DNA from: Chloroflexota bacterium
Lineage (GTDB): Bacteria > Chloroflexota > UBA5177
NCBI GenBank assembly: GCA_025966365.1
Contig: JAICWV010000002.1
Span: 1 to 63,369 of the forward strand
Direction: 5' to 3'
Length of the DNA stretch: 63,369 nucleotides
The notes under the pieces were generated by a model. That model was not told the DNA's origin, ran no database searches, and was given only the letters and a program-made list of their open reading frames with translations. Positions 46,388-54,540 of the stretch are shown piece after piece. The position numbers and the translations under genes were made by a program. Each line of letters begins with the position of its first letter. The stretch's first letter is position 1.

Positions 46388-48610
46388 ATGGAGCAGAGTG
46401 AGTCGTCGGCATTGGGCGTTCTCCTTCGCCGCTACCGTGTTGCCGCCGGTCTGACGCAGGCAGAGCTTGGCGAGCGAGCCCGCGTCAGCGCCAGAACGGT
46501 CAGTGACATCGAGCGGGGCATCGCGCGGCGGCCGCAGACGTACACCGCTCTCCAGCTTGCCGATGCACTGGGCCTGGTGGAGGATGATCGCGGCGAGTTC
46601 CTGGATGCTGCGCGGGGACGGCAGGTACCGCGGGCCGATCATGGCCAGGCGGGGCCGGAACCGACCGGGACCGGCGATGCGGCACGTTCGCCGCATGAAG
46701 CAACCAGCACCGTGGACCTCTCCGAACCGGAACAGGAGAGAGCCGGGATTCTGCCGTTCCCACAGGTGCAGCCGGAGCGTTCGCGTGAGGCGGTCCTGAC
46801 CCATCCCATCGGGGTTGTGGTCATTGCTGCTCTGATGGTGATGGCTGCTGTCGGATTTGGGGCACGGGTCCTGGTCATCGGTCACCTATCGGCGGCAGGC
46901 AGCACCGCCGCGGGTCCCGTTCTTATCGGTACCTGGGGAACCCACGTCACCGGACCGTTCCCGATACCCCATATGTGGAACCTCACCGTTCTGCCCAACG
47001 GTCGCATCGCCGTCATTACCTATAAGGGGGTTGATGAGTACCCGGTGGAAGTAGGGGTCGACGAGCTGTCTGCATCAGGAGATCTTCTCTGGTCCTGGGC
47101 GGTCCATTCGTCGCGCAATAGTGGCCTGAGCGGGCTTGCAGGCGATGCCCGGGGTGACCTCTATCTCGCTGCCCGGTACTGGAAAGAAATCGATAAGTTC
47201 TCGCCGGACGGCAGGCTCATGGCGCGCTGGGGGCCGGGACTGGGACTCAAGGGGCCCACCCGGGTGGCAGTGGACACGCAGGGGAATGTGTGGGTTCTGG
47301 ACTTCGACGCCTCTCGCCTGCTGAAGCTCTCGCCATCGGGAAAGCTCCTTGCAGCCTTTGGTTCTGCCGGCAGCGGTATCGGCCAGTTCACCAATCCTGA
47401 TGGGTTGGCCGTCGGGCCGAACGGCAACCTATACATCGTGGACTGGATGCAGGACCGTGTCACCGAGTATTCGACCGGCGGAAGGCCGACTCGCAGTTGG
47501 GGAGGCACCGGGGAGGGTCGGGGAGAGCTTCTCTATCCACGTGGGGTGGCGACCGACTCGGCCGGTAACCTCTATGTCGCCGACACCGCCAACGCCCGCA
47601 TCCAGAAGTTCACGGCCAGCGGGCACTTTCTGGCGACGTGGGGCAGGCGAGGTACGGGACCGGGAGAATTCTCGTATCCGACCGGCATATTCGTCGCACC
47701 AACAGGCAACGTATACGTGGCCGATGACGGCAACTCGCATTACTGTTCTTGTTGGGCGCCAGACCGGATCGAGATATTCTCACCTTCCGGACGGTACCTC
47801 TCCGAGATCTCTGCCTCGGTACTGCAGCATCCGATGCTCTCCGATATTTCCGCCCTGGCGGTCGACTCCCGCGGCGATATCTATGCGGCGGATGACGGCG
47901 GGAGCCGGGTTGTCGCGTTTGGCCCGAACCACCTGCCCATCCACGGCTGGGGCGGGAGCGCACTCGCGGACGCCAACGGCATCGCGGTGGACAGCGCGGG
48001 AGACGTCCTGGTATCTGACAGCGGGAACAACCGGGTGGTCCGGTTCACCTCCCGCGGCCTCTTCCTTCAACAGTGGAAATCGATCAATCGCGCCGCGTAC
48101 TTCTTCAGCGACCCCTACGGCATCGCCGTGGACCGCGCCCGGCGCGTCTTCGTGGCGGACAACCTCAGCCAGCGGGTCGAGGAGCTGAACCCGGAGGGGG
48201 CGCTTCTCCGCAGCTGGCCCGCCACCTTTTCCAGCAGTAGCCCAGTTCCGTACGACGCACTCGCCACGAACGCTGCCGGCAGCGTCTACGTGGGCAACGA
48301 GGCCTCGCTGACCGTGGACATGTACACATCGAACGGAAAGTACCTTGGCTCGGTGGGCGGTCAGGGGTCTGGCGTCGGCTCGCTCCGGTCTATTTCCGGT
48401 ATTGCGGTGGATGCACGCGGGCGGGTCTATGTCGTCGATGCGGCATCGAAAGCAGTGTCGGTTTTCTCACCCTCGGGAACGCTGCTGGCCCGGTGGACCG
48501 CCTCCCGCTTCCCCGGCCTCGGCCAACCTCGGGCTATCGCGCTCGATCACGCGGGACATATCTACGTCGGCGGCGGACATCAGATCGTGGAGCTGGCGCC
48601 GCTGGCGTAG
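46388..48610 (+). CDS. Membrane-spanning XRE-family HTH protein with extracytoplasmic NHL-repeat beta-propeller
   Basis: HTH LTQAELGERARVSARTVSDIERG. TM GVVVIAALMVMAAVGFGARVLVI. NHL units such as GQFTNPDGLAVGPNGNLYIVD, LLYPRGVATDSAGNLYVAD and FSYPTGIFVAPTGNVYVAD. Confidence 0.85.
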   Translation: MEQSESSALGVLLRRYRVAAGLTQAELGERARVSARTVSDIERGIARRPQTYTALQLADALGLVEDDRGEFLDAARGRQVPRADHGQAGPEPTGTGDAARSPHEATSTVDLSEPEQERAGILPFPQVQPERSREAVLTHPIGVVVIAALMVMAAVGFGARVLVIGHLSAAGSTAAGPVLIGTWGTHVTGPFPIPHMWNLTVLPNGRIAVITYKGVDEYPVEVGVDELSASGDLLWSWAVHSSRNSGLSGLAGDARGDLYLAARYWKEIDKFSPDGRLMARWGPGLGLKGPTRVAVDTQGNVWVLDFDASRLLKLSPSGKLLAAFGSAGSGIGQFTNPDGLAVGPNGNLYIVDWMQDRVTEYSTGGRPTRSWGGTGEGRGELLYPRGVATDSAGNLYVADTANARIQKFTASGHFLATWGRRGTGPGEFSYPTGIFVAPTGNVYVADDGNSHYCSCWAPDRIEIFSPSGRYLSEISASVLQHPMLSDISALAVDSRGDIYAADDGGSRVVAFGPNHLPIHGWGGSALADANGIAVDSAGDVLVSDSGNNRVVRFTSRGLFLQQWKSINRAAYFFSDPYGIAVDRARRVFVADNLSQRVEELNPEGALLRSWPATFSSSSPVPYDALATNAAGSVYVGNEASLTVDMYTSNGKYLGSVGGQGSGVGSLRSISGIAVDARGRVYVVDAASKAVSVFSPSGTLLARWTASRFPGLGQPRAIALDHAGHIYVGGGHQIVELAPLA

Positions 48611-48797
48611 TCGCCGCCCGGTGCTGGATCGGTTGTAAGGGCGCGATTCTACCGCGCCCTCTTCGTGCCCGGGTCAAATGTTCCAGGAACCCAGGCAAGA
48701 CGGGCGGCGCACCATCCGGCGTCCATCGGCACGAATACATGCACGTACCCCGAACCATATGAGGCGAGCGCGTGGAGTGCGCGATAGAATCGCGCCT

Positions 48798-49196
48798 CTA
48801 CAGATGGGCGAGTTGGTGCAGGAGGCCGGGAATCGGGCTGCCGGGGGTGAGAAGGAGGAACAGGATTGCCAGGAGCAGCACCGCGATCAGGGCGGCTCCA
48901 TTGCGCTTCAGGCCGATCAAGAGCGCGTTCACAAATACCCCGTGCTCCGGCTCTAGTTGGTGCTTCTGGACCTCGGCCATGACTCGCTGCTCTACGGAGA
49001 GCGGTGGCCGGGCCGGTGAGAATGGGCCCGCGGAGTAGCGCAGCGAGCGGAAGATCTCGTCCTGGACCGAATAGTCATGCTCTGCCTCGCGGCATTGGCC
49101 GCAGGACTGCAAGTGCTCTTCCAGGCGGTCCTCCTCGTCCGTAGAAAGCTCGCTACGGCGGGCGAGCATGGCGCGGTAGGTCGCGTGTGGTGTCAT
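48798..49196 (-). CDS. Anti-sigma factor (zf-HC2) with C-terminal TM
   Basis: HLQSCGQC zinc motif. 4-nt overlap with the upstream ECF sigma gene. C-terminal LIAVLLLAILFLLLTPGSP helix. Confidence 0.8.
   Translation of the reverse strand: MTPHATYRAMLARRSELSTDEEDRLEEHLQSCGQCREAEHDYSVQDEIFRSLRYSAGPFSPARPPLSVEQRVMAEVQKHQLEPEHGVFVNALLIGLKRNGAALIAVLLLAILFLLLTPGSPIPGLLHQLAHL
48810..48897. repeat. Direct repeat copy B (~88 bp)
   Basis: See copy A. Lies inside the 3' end of the anti-sigma gene. Confidence 0.85.
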
Positions 49197-49699
49197 CGCT
49201 CCCTCCAGAGCCGGCGGAAGCGATCTCGGGCTCGCATCAAGCGCGTACGGGCGGCGCCGGGACGGATATGGAGCATCTCCGCGATTTCTTCGGTGGTGAA
49301 GCGATCGACGGTGTGCAGGTAGAGGATCTCCCTGTCTTCGGTCCGCATCGCCGCCATGACGCGCCGAACGGCCGCGTCGTGCGCATCTCGCTCGCCGTCC
49401 GCTGGAATTTGTTCCAGCTCATCTGAATCCTGGCGAAGCGTCTTGCGCTGCCGGAACTCGTCCATGGCGCGGTTGCGGGCGACGGTGTAGAGCCAGGCGG
49501 ACGTGAGCGAACGGCCGCGGCGGAGGTGATCGTAGGCGCGCACGAAGGTATCCTGGGCGCAATCCAGAGCGAGATCGTCGTCGCCGAGCAGGACCTGGAG
49601 ATAGCGTATGATCGGACGCTCGTGGGCGCGGATGTGTGCGAGGAGCGCCGACTCGGCATCCTCGATCGCCTCGAATCCCATTTCCTGGCTGATTTCCAT
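49193..49699 (-). CDS. ECF-type RNA polymerase sigma factor
   Basis: Region 2 LALDCAQDTFVRAY. Region 4 FTTEEIAEMLHIRPGAARTRLMRARDRF. Confidence 0.9.
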   Translation of the reverse strand: MEISQEMGFEAIEDAESALLAHIRAHERPIIRYLQVLLGDDDLALDCAQDTFVRAYDHLRRGRSLTSAWLYTVARNRAMDEFRQRKTLRQDSDELEQIPADGERDAHDAAVRRVMAAMRTEDREILYLHTVDRFTTEEIAEMLHIRPGAARTRLMRARDRFRRLWRER

Positions 49700-49741
49700 A
49701 GTCTCTTACCCATACAACGAGAGAGGGGGCAGAATGTCACC

Positions 49742-50326
49742 ATGCCCGACTCCATAGAGATCGTGCCCTATCGTGACCAATGGCCCGACGAGTTTCGGGC
49801 CCTGGCCCGGCGGCTCCGCGAGGGGCTGGGAGAGATGGCCCTGGGCATCGACCACATCGGCTCCACGTCCGTACCCGGCCTCGCTGCCAAGGATGTCGTG
49901 GACATTCAGGTGACCGTGGCCTCGCTGGAGCCGATTGAGCCGATCCAGCAGGGGCTGGTGCGGGCGGGGTTCGCCCTCTGGGAGGACATCGGGGAAGACC
50001 ACCGGCCGCCGGGCGAGGAAGGGCCGGACGAGGATTGGCGCAAGTGCTACGCCCGGGAGGCACCGGGGCAGAAGCGAACCCACGTCCATATCCGAGCGGC
50101 GGGCCGGCGTAATCAGCGCTACGCACTGCTGTTTCGGGATTACCTCCGCGCACATCCGCTGATGGCAGAGGCATACGCAAGGCTGAAGTATCAGATCGCC
50201 GCGTTCCACCCCGATGACCGAATTGCCTATGTGGAGATCAAAGATCCGGCGGTGGATTTGATTGCGCTGCCCGCCGAGGAGTGGGCCGAGCGGACGGGCT
50301 GGAAACTGGGGCCGTCCGACGCGTGA
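49742..50326 (+). CDS. GrpB (UPF0157) family protein
   Basis: IVPYRDQWPDEF...IDHIGSTSVPGLAAKDVVDIQV...HVHI pattern. Confidence 0.85.
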   Translation: MPDSIEIVPYRDQWPDEFRALARRLREGLGEMALGIDHIGSTSVPGLAAKDVVDIQVTVASLEPIEPIQQGLVRAGFALWEDIGEDHRPPGEEGPDEDWRKCYAREAPGQKRTHVHIRAAGRRNQRYALLFRDYLRAHPLMAEAYARLKYQIAAFHPDDRIAYVEIKDPAVDLIALPAEEWAERTGWKLGPSDA

Positions 50327-50470
50327 TGCGGAGGGCGAACCCTGTCACTGCGGCCTAAAGGCCTCCGCTACGGATTGGCGGAACGGTACTCGCATACGTA
50401 GCCGAGGCCTTTAGGCCGCCCTGCGCTGATGGGTTTGAACGCGGTACACTTCCCTGCAAGGAGCCATTGC

Positions 50471-50875
50471 ATGTCACGACGCGTCCATATGATTCCTCTG
50501 TTGCTGGTGATTTCATTGCTCTTCGGAGCTGTTCCGGTCGACGCGGCACGGCCGCACGCGCACCTCCGCGTCTTTCCCAACCCGGTCACATTGAAGCAGC
50601 GCTTCACCGTCACGCTCACCGGTGCAACCCCCGGCGAGGCCCTGATCTTTCTGGCCACGCCCAGCCGGGAGGGGTTTGGCGGTGGAGACATGGGAACGCA
50701 CCGGGCCAATACGGCCGGGACCATCCGGTTTCGTTACGGTCCCTTCAAGAACAAGCTGGATGTCGGCGTCTGGACGGTGACCGTGGTCCGTAAGGGGGCG
50801 AAGGCGGTGACCAGGGGAGCTTTCAAGGTGGTGATGCCGAAGAAAGCCAAGAAGAAGAAGTCGCACACGTCGTAA
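50471..50875 (+). CDS. Small secreted hypothetical protein with lysine-rich tail
   Basis: Signal MIPLLLVISLLFGAVPVDA, beta-rich body, C-terminal KKAKKKKSHTS. Stop overlaps the next start (TAATG). Confidence 0.55.
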   Translation: MSRRVHMIPLLLVISLLFGAVPVDAARPHAHLRVFPNPVTLKQRFTVTLTGATPGEALIFLATPSREGFGGGDMGTHRANTAGTIRFRYGPFKNKLDVGVWTVTVVRKGAKAVTRGAFKVVMPKKAKKKKSHTS

Positions 50876-52032
50876 TGCTGCGACGCCTCCCGATTTTCCT
50901 GGCGGTGGCGGCCGCGCTCATGGTCAACGCAACATTTGCCGGCTCGTCCTGGCCGCAGGGACAGCACGACGCGCGTGGAACGAACTTCAATGGCTCGGAG
51001 AAGATGCTCTCCGCACGGACGGTACGGAAGTTGCATGTTGCCTGGACGTACCCCCGGGTTACCGCCGCTGTGGCCTCCGGCTCACTCGTGTACGGAGTCT
51101 TCGACGGGAACACTATCGGTTCTTCCCCCGGTGTGGTTGTGATCAACGCGCAGACGGGCACGGTTACCCGACACTTTTCCGCGCGTCAGCTAGGGCTGCG
51201 GACCCAGGACGTACCTCGGTCCGTTGCCGTCTGGAACGGTCGGCTGCTGGTGAGCACAACCAGGCAGGTGCTGTCAATGAACCCAGGCACCGGCAAGGTT
51301 GACTGGCGGGTGCCCGGTGGGGCAGATGCCCTGGTTGTATCCGGTCATACGATCTACACGGGTAAGGGCTGTCAAAACCCCTGTGGCCTGCAGGCATCTC
51401 AGAGCATCGATCTGTCGACGGGCAAGCTCCTGTGGACCCACGCGGGTAACTTTGGCCACGTTCCTGCCCTTATCGGCGGTCATCTCTATCAAGCCTGGGG
51501 TGAGTACAACGGCCGGACCAATGTCTATGCTCCAACCAGTGGCCGGCTGCTCGGTACGATGCCCATCTATGGGGAATGGACGGGGGATGCGCATCATACC
51601 TATGCCTACGTGGTCACCGGTCAGTCGATCACCGACAAGCACGCGGCATTGAAGGAGATCGGTCCCGACGGACGGGCGCGGTGGAGCACGAGCCTTGGCC
51701 GCGCCGGAGATGGCTATCTTGTCTACGCGTACAGCACCATCTACTCCGGCTCCTACCGCTTCAGCCCGGGCATGGTCGCGATCAATGCCGCCAATGGCCG
51801 GATTCGCTGGGCCGCCAATCTGGGCCAGTACCTGCACCTGGCCGCGGCCAATCATCTCCTGGTGGTAGCAAATGACCAGACCGGCCAGATCTCGGTGCTC
51901 AATGCAGGTAGCGGCAGAGTGCTGCGCCAGCTCATCCTCCCCGATAAGCCCCATGCCGTCTCCGGACTGACCATTGCCGGCGGCGCCATCTACGTCACCG
52001 ACGGCAGCGGGCTTACCGCCATTCGTCCCTGA
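50875..52032 (+). CDS. Secreted PQQ-like (BamB-like) beta-propeller repeat protein
   Basis: Signal peptide, GQHDARGTNF near the N-terminus, repeated G.V.W..... blade-like units. Confidence 0.7.
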   Translation: MLRRLPIFLAVAAALMVNATFAGSSWPQGQHDARGTNFNGSEKMLSARTVRKLHVAWTYPRVTAAVASGSLVYGVFDGNTIGSSPGVVVINAQTGTVTRHFSARQLGLRTQDVPRSVAVWNGRLLVSTTRQVLSMNPGTGKVDWRVPGGADALVVSGHTIYTGKGCQNPCGLQASQSIDLSTGKLLWTHAGNFGHVPALIGGHLYQAWGEYNGRTNVYAPTSGRLLGTMPIYGEWTGDAHHTYAYVVTGQSITDKHAALKEIGPDGRARWSTSLGRAGDGYLVYAYSTIYSGSYRFSPGMVAINAANGRIRWAANLGQYLHLAAANHLLVVANDQTGQISVLNAGSGRVLRQLILPDKPHAVSGLTIAGGAIYVTDGSGLTAIRP

Positions 52033-52034
52033 TC

Positions 52035-52589
52035 GTGACCTATGTCGTCGTGGTGACCGGTCCGCCGGCCAGTGGCAAGACTACCCTGGGCCGGCGGATG
52101 GCTGCCGACCTGAGCGTGCCGTTTCTTGCCAAGGACGCCATCAAGGAGTCGCTGTACGATTCGCTGGGCTGGACCGACAAAGCCGGCTCGCGCAAGCTCG
52201 GTGTCGCCAGCTTCGGCGTCCTGTACGTGGTGCTCAGTGAGTTGCTGGCTGTCGGGGTCTCGGCGGTCATCGAGGCGCCATTCGATCCCGAGATGGCGGC
52301 AAAGGAGCTTGAGACGCTGCGTGGCCGCTATCCGTTTGAGCTGGTGCAGGTGCTGTGCTGGGCTGAGGGACAGACACTGATCGAGCGCTACCGCTCGCGG
52401 AACGGGTCCGGCGACCGGCACCCTGGCCACATCCAGACCGACCTCTTGGCCGATGTCGAGGAGTACCTGGCCGTCGGTAAGCGGGATCCGGTGGCGATCG
52501 AAGGCGCGATACTCGAGGTGGACACGACCGGCCCAGTGGATTACGAAGTCGTACTGGAGGACGTAACCCGTGCGATTGGACCCGGTTGA
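52035..52589 (+). CDS. P-loop NTPase / small-molecule kinase-like protein
   Basis: GTG start. Walker A VTGPPASGKTTLG. ~180 aa, like AAA_33 / zeta-type or chloramphenicol-phosphotransferase-type kinases. Confidence 0.7.
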   Translation: MTYVVVVTGPPASGKTTLGRRMAADLSVPFLAKDAIKESLYDSLGWTDKAGSRKLGVASFGVLYVVLSELLAVGVSAVIEAPFDPEMAAKELETLRGRYPFELVQVLCWAEGQTLIERYRSRNGSGDRHPGHIQTDLLADVEEYLAVGKRDPVAIEGAILEVDTTGPVDYEVVLEDVTRAIGPG

Positions 52590-53283
52590 GGCGGCTCTGC
52601 GCTTCGTCACCCAGCGATTTCCCGAGGCGCACGCTGCCATCGTCGGTGGCAGCCCCATCCGCGGCGACGCCACCCAAACCTCCGATCTCGATATCCTGAT
52701 CCTGACCGATCGAGAGGAGGCGCCCTTTCGTGCCTCGTACCACGAGCACGGCTGGCCCATTGAGGCCTTCGTCCACACTGACCGGTCGCTGGAAAAATTC
52801 TTCGTGTCGGACGTCCGCCGGCGCCGGCCCAGTCTTCCCAACATCGCTGCAGAGGGAGTGATCCTGGTGGACAACGATGGCGCCGCCGCGCGTCTTCAAG
52901 AGACGGCACGGGATCTCCTTGTCCGGGGACCGAAGCCCCTCACGGCCGAGCAGATGGAGGACTGGCGCTACTCCCTGACCGATCTGCTGGACGACTTCAG
53001 TGGTGTGGGCCGCCTGGACGAGGGCATGTTCATCGCCCATGCCCTGGCGATCGAAGCTACTGACCTCCTGCTGTTAATGAACCGGCGATGGCTGGGTAGC
53101 GGGAAGTGGGTGGTGCGGGCGCTCGCCCGCTTCGATCCTGGTGCTGCCATTCGCATGACCGAGGCCCTGGAGGCGTATGTCCGCTGCGAGGACAAAGAGC
53201 CGCTGCTGCGCTTTGCCGAGGGGGTGCTGGCACAGGCGGGCGGCCGGATGTTCGAGGGCTACCACCGGCAGGCGCCCCGGTAA
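52570..53283 (+). CDS. Pol-beta-fold nucleotidyltransferase domain protein with helical C-terminal domain
   Basis: GGSPIRGDATQTSDLDILILTD motif. 20-nt overlap with the upstream P-loop gene. Confidence 0.75.
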   Translation: MRLDPVEAALRFVTQRFPEAHAAIVGGSPIRGDATQTSDLDILILTDREEAPFRASYHEHGWPIEAFVHTDRSLEKFFVSDVRRRRPSLPNIAAEGVILVDNDGAAARLQETARDLLVRGPKPLTAEQMEDWRYSLTDLLDDFSGVGRLDEGMFIAHALAIEATDLLLLMNRRWLGSGKWVVRALARFDPGAAIRMTEALEAYVRCEDKEPLLRFAEGVLAQAGGRMFEGYHRQAPR

Positions 53284-53427
53284 CCGGCGTGTTTCATCAT
53301 CCGCTGGAACCATGGGGACACAGAGGGCGCCGTGCCACGTAATGACACGGCCCGTTGGGAAGACTTCGCCGTGAACGGTGTGCGCTGGCTGATCAGGGGC
53401 GTGAATGCCTGGAAGCGGATCCTGGCT

Positions 53428-54510
53428 CTAGCTGGCGCCGGGAGAAGCTGAGCTCTCGGCCCACCGTGCCAGCTCGTCGCGCTCGATGACGGGCAGAGGA
53501 CCTTCCTTCCCGTCGCGCACCAGTGTCATTCCCTCTTCCGGGGGCCGAAGCTCGCCGATGATTGCCGCCTCGATTCCGGCTTCTCGGAGCGAGTCCATGC
53601 CGGGCGCGACGTCATCAGGGTAGATGGCGGCGAGAAGGCCACCGGAGGCCAGCAGCGCCAGCGGATCGAGGCCAAGAGCGCGGCAGATCTCTTGACTGGC
53701 TGGGAGTACGGGGACGCGATCGGCGTCTAGAAAGAGGCCGGTGCCGGAGGCTGCCGTCAGCTCACGTGCGGCGGCAAGCAGACCTCCCTCGGTGGGGTCG
53801 TGCATGGCGTGGGGGAGGGTTACCCTGGCCAGCGCGTGTACCGCGGGCAGGACGGAGATGCCGGGGCTCTGCAGGAGATTGCGCGCCCCCGCCAGCACGC
53901 CCTCGCTTACTCCACGCCCCTGGAGCAGATCGCCGTATTCGGCCGCCAGTATGGCGGTACCCTCGATGGCGATGGGACCGGCAAGAAGCAGCTGGTCACC
54001 CGGCTGCCCGCCGGCGCTGGTCACCAGAGCATCCGGCGCTACCAGGCCGAGCATGGTAGCGGTGACGACGGGGCGAGTCACAGACGTGGTGATCTCGGTA
54101 TGGCCGCCAACCAGGGCGATGCCGAGCGACCGGCAGCTGGACGTGAGCCCGTCCATCACCGCACGCACCTCGTCTTCCGACGTGCCCGCCGGCAGCAGGA
54201 CCGAGGCCAGGAGCCAGCGTGGCTCGGCACCCATGACGGCGATATCGTTGGCGTTGACATCCACGGCAAAGGCGCCCGGCCGCTCGCTCAGGGTGACGGG
54301 GTCCGAGGCCACGACCAGATAGCGGTCGAGGTGACCGGGTATCTCGAGGACGGCGGCGTCCTCCCCGGGCGCAGCACTCACGATCACGCCGGGAACCGGC
54401 GCGAGACCGGTCAGGAGGTCGGCCAGGAGGCGGGGAGGTAGCTTCCCTGATGGTAGCGGCACGTCGTCCCTCACCCCATTCTCCCACTGTTTGCAGAACC
54501 GGGCAGTCAA
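53428..54510 (-). CDS. AIR synthase-related protein (PurM / HypE / ThiL superfamily)
   Basis: GEDAAVLEI...LVVASDPVT...NANDIAVMGAEPRWLL...ALVGGHTE pattern. Confidence 0.7.
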   Translation of the reverse strand: MTARFCKQWENGVRDDVPLPSGKLPPRLLADLLTGLAPVPGVIVSAAPGEDAAVLEIPGHLDRYLVVASDPVTLSERPGAFAVDVNANDIAVMGAEPRWLLASVLLPAGTSEDEVRAVMDGLTSSCRSLGIALVGGHTEITTSVTRPVVTATMLGLVAPDALVTSAGGQPGDQLLLAGPIAIEGTAILAAEYGDLLQGRGVSEGVLAGARNLLQSPGISVLPAVHALARVTLPHAMHDPTEGGLLAAARELTAASGTGLFLDADRVPVLPASQEICRALGLDPLALLASGGLLAAIYPDDVAPGMDSLREAGIEAAIIGELRPPEEGMTLVRDGKEGPLPVIERDELARWAESSASPGAS

Positions 54511-54540
54511 ACGTGATCCTGAGTGGGGAAGGGGATTTCG

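Noticed and set aside
48640-48796. 12-bp perfect inverted repeat ggcgcgattcta (48640-48651) / tagaatcgcgcc (48785-48796) as the ends of an inserted element.
   Set aside because: Each arm is itself part of a small local hairpin (agggcgcg...cgcgccct; gcgcgat-aga-atcgcgc) sitting just after convergent gene ends. These are more simply two copies of a short REP/terminator-like palindrome.
49700-49741. Sigma-70 or ECF-type promoter in the 42-bp divergent gap between the ECF sigma gene and grpB.
   Set aside because: Only weak matches by eye (gtgaca ... ttgtat) and no AAC-N16/17-CGT motif. This is not enough to call.
52035-53283. P-loop + nucleotidyltransferase pair as a CBASS-like or toxin-antitoxin defence module.
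   Set aside because: The NTase is a short pol-beta type with a helical C-terminal domain, not a CD-NTase. No effector, HEPN or cyclic-nucleotide sensor gene is adjacent.
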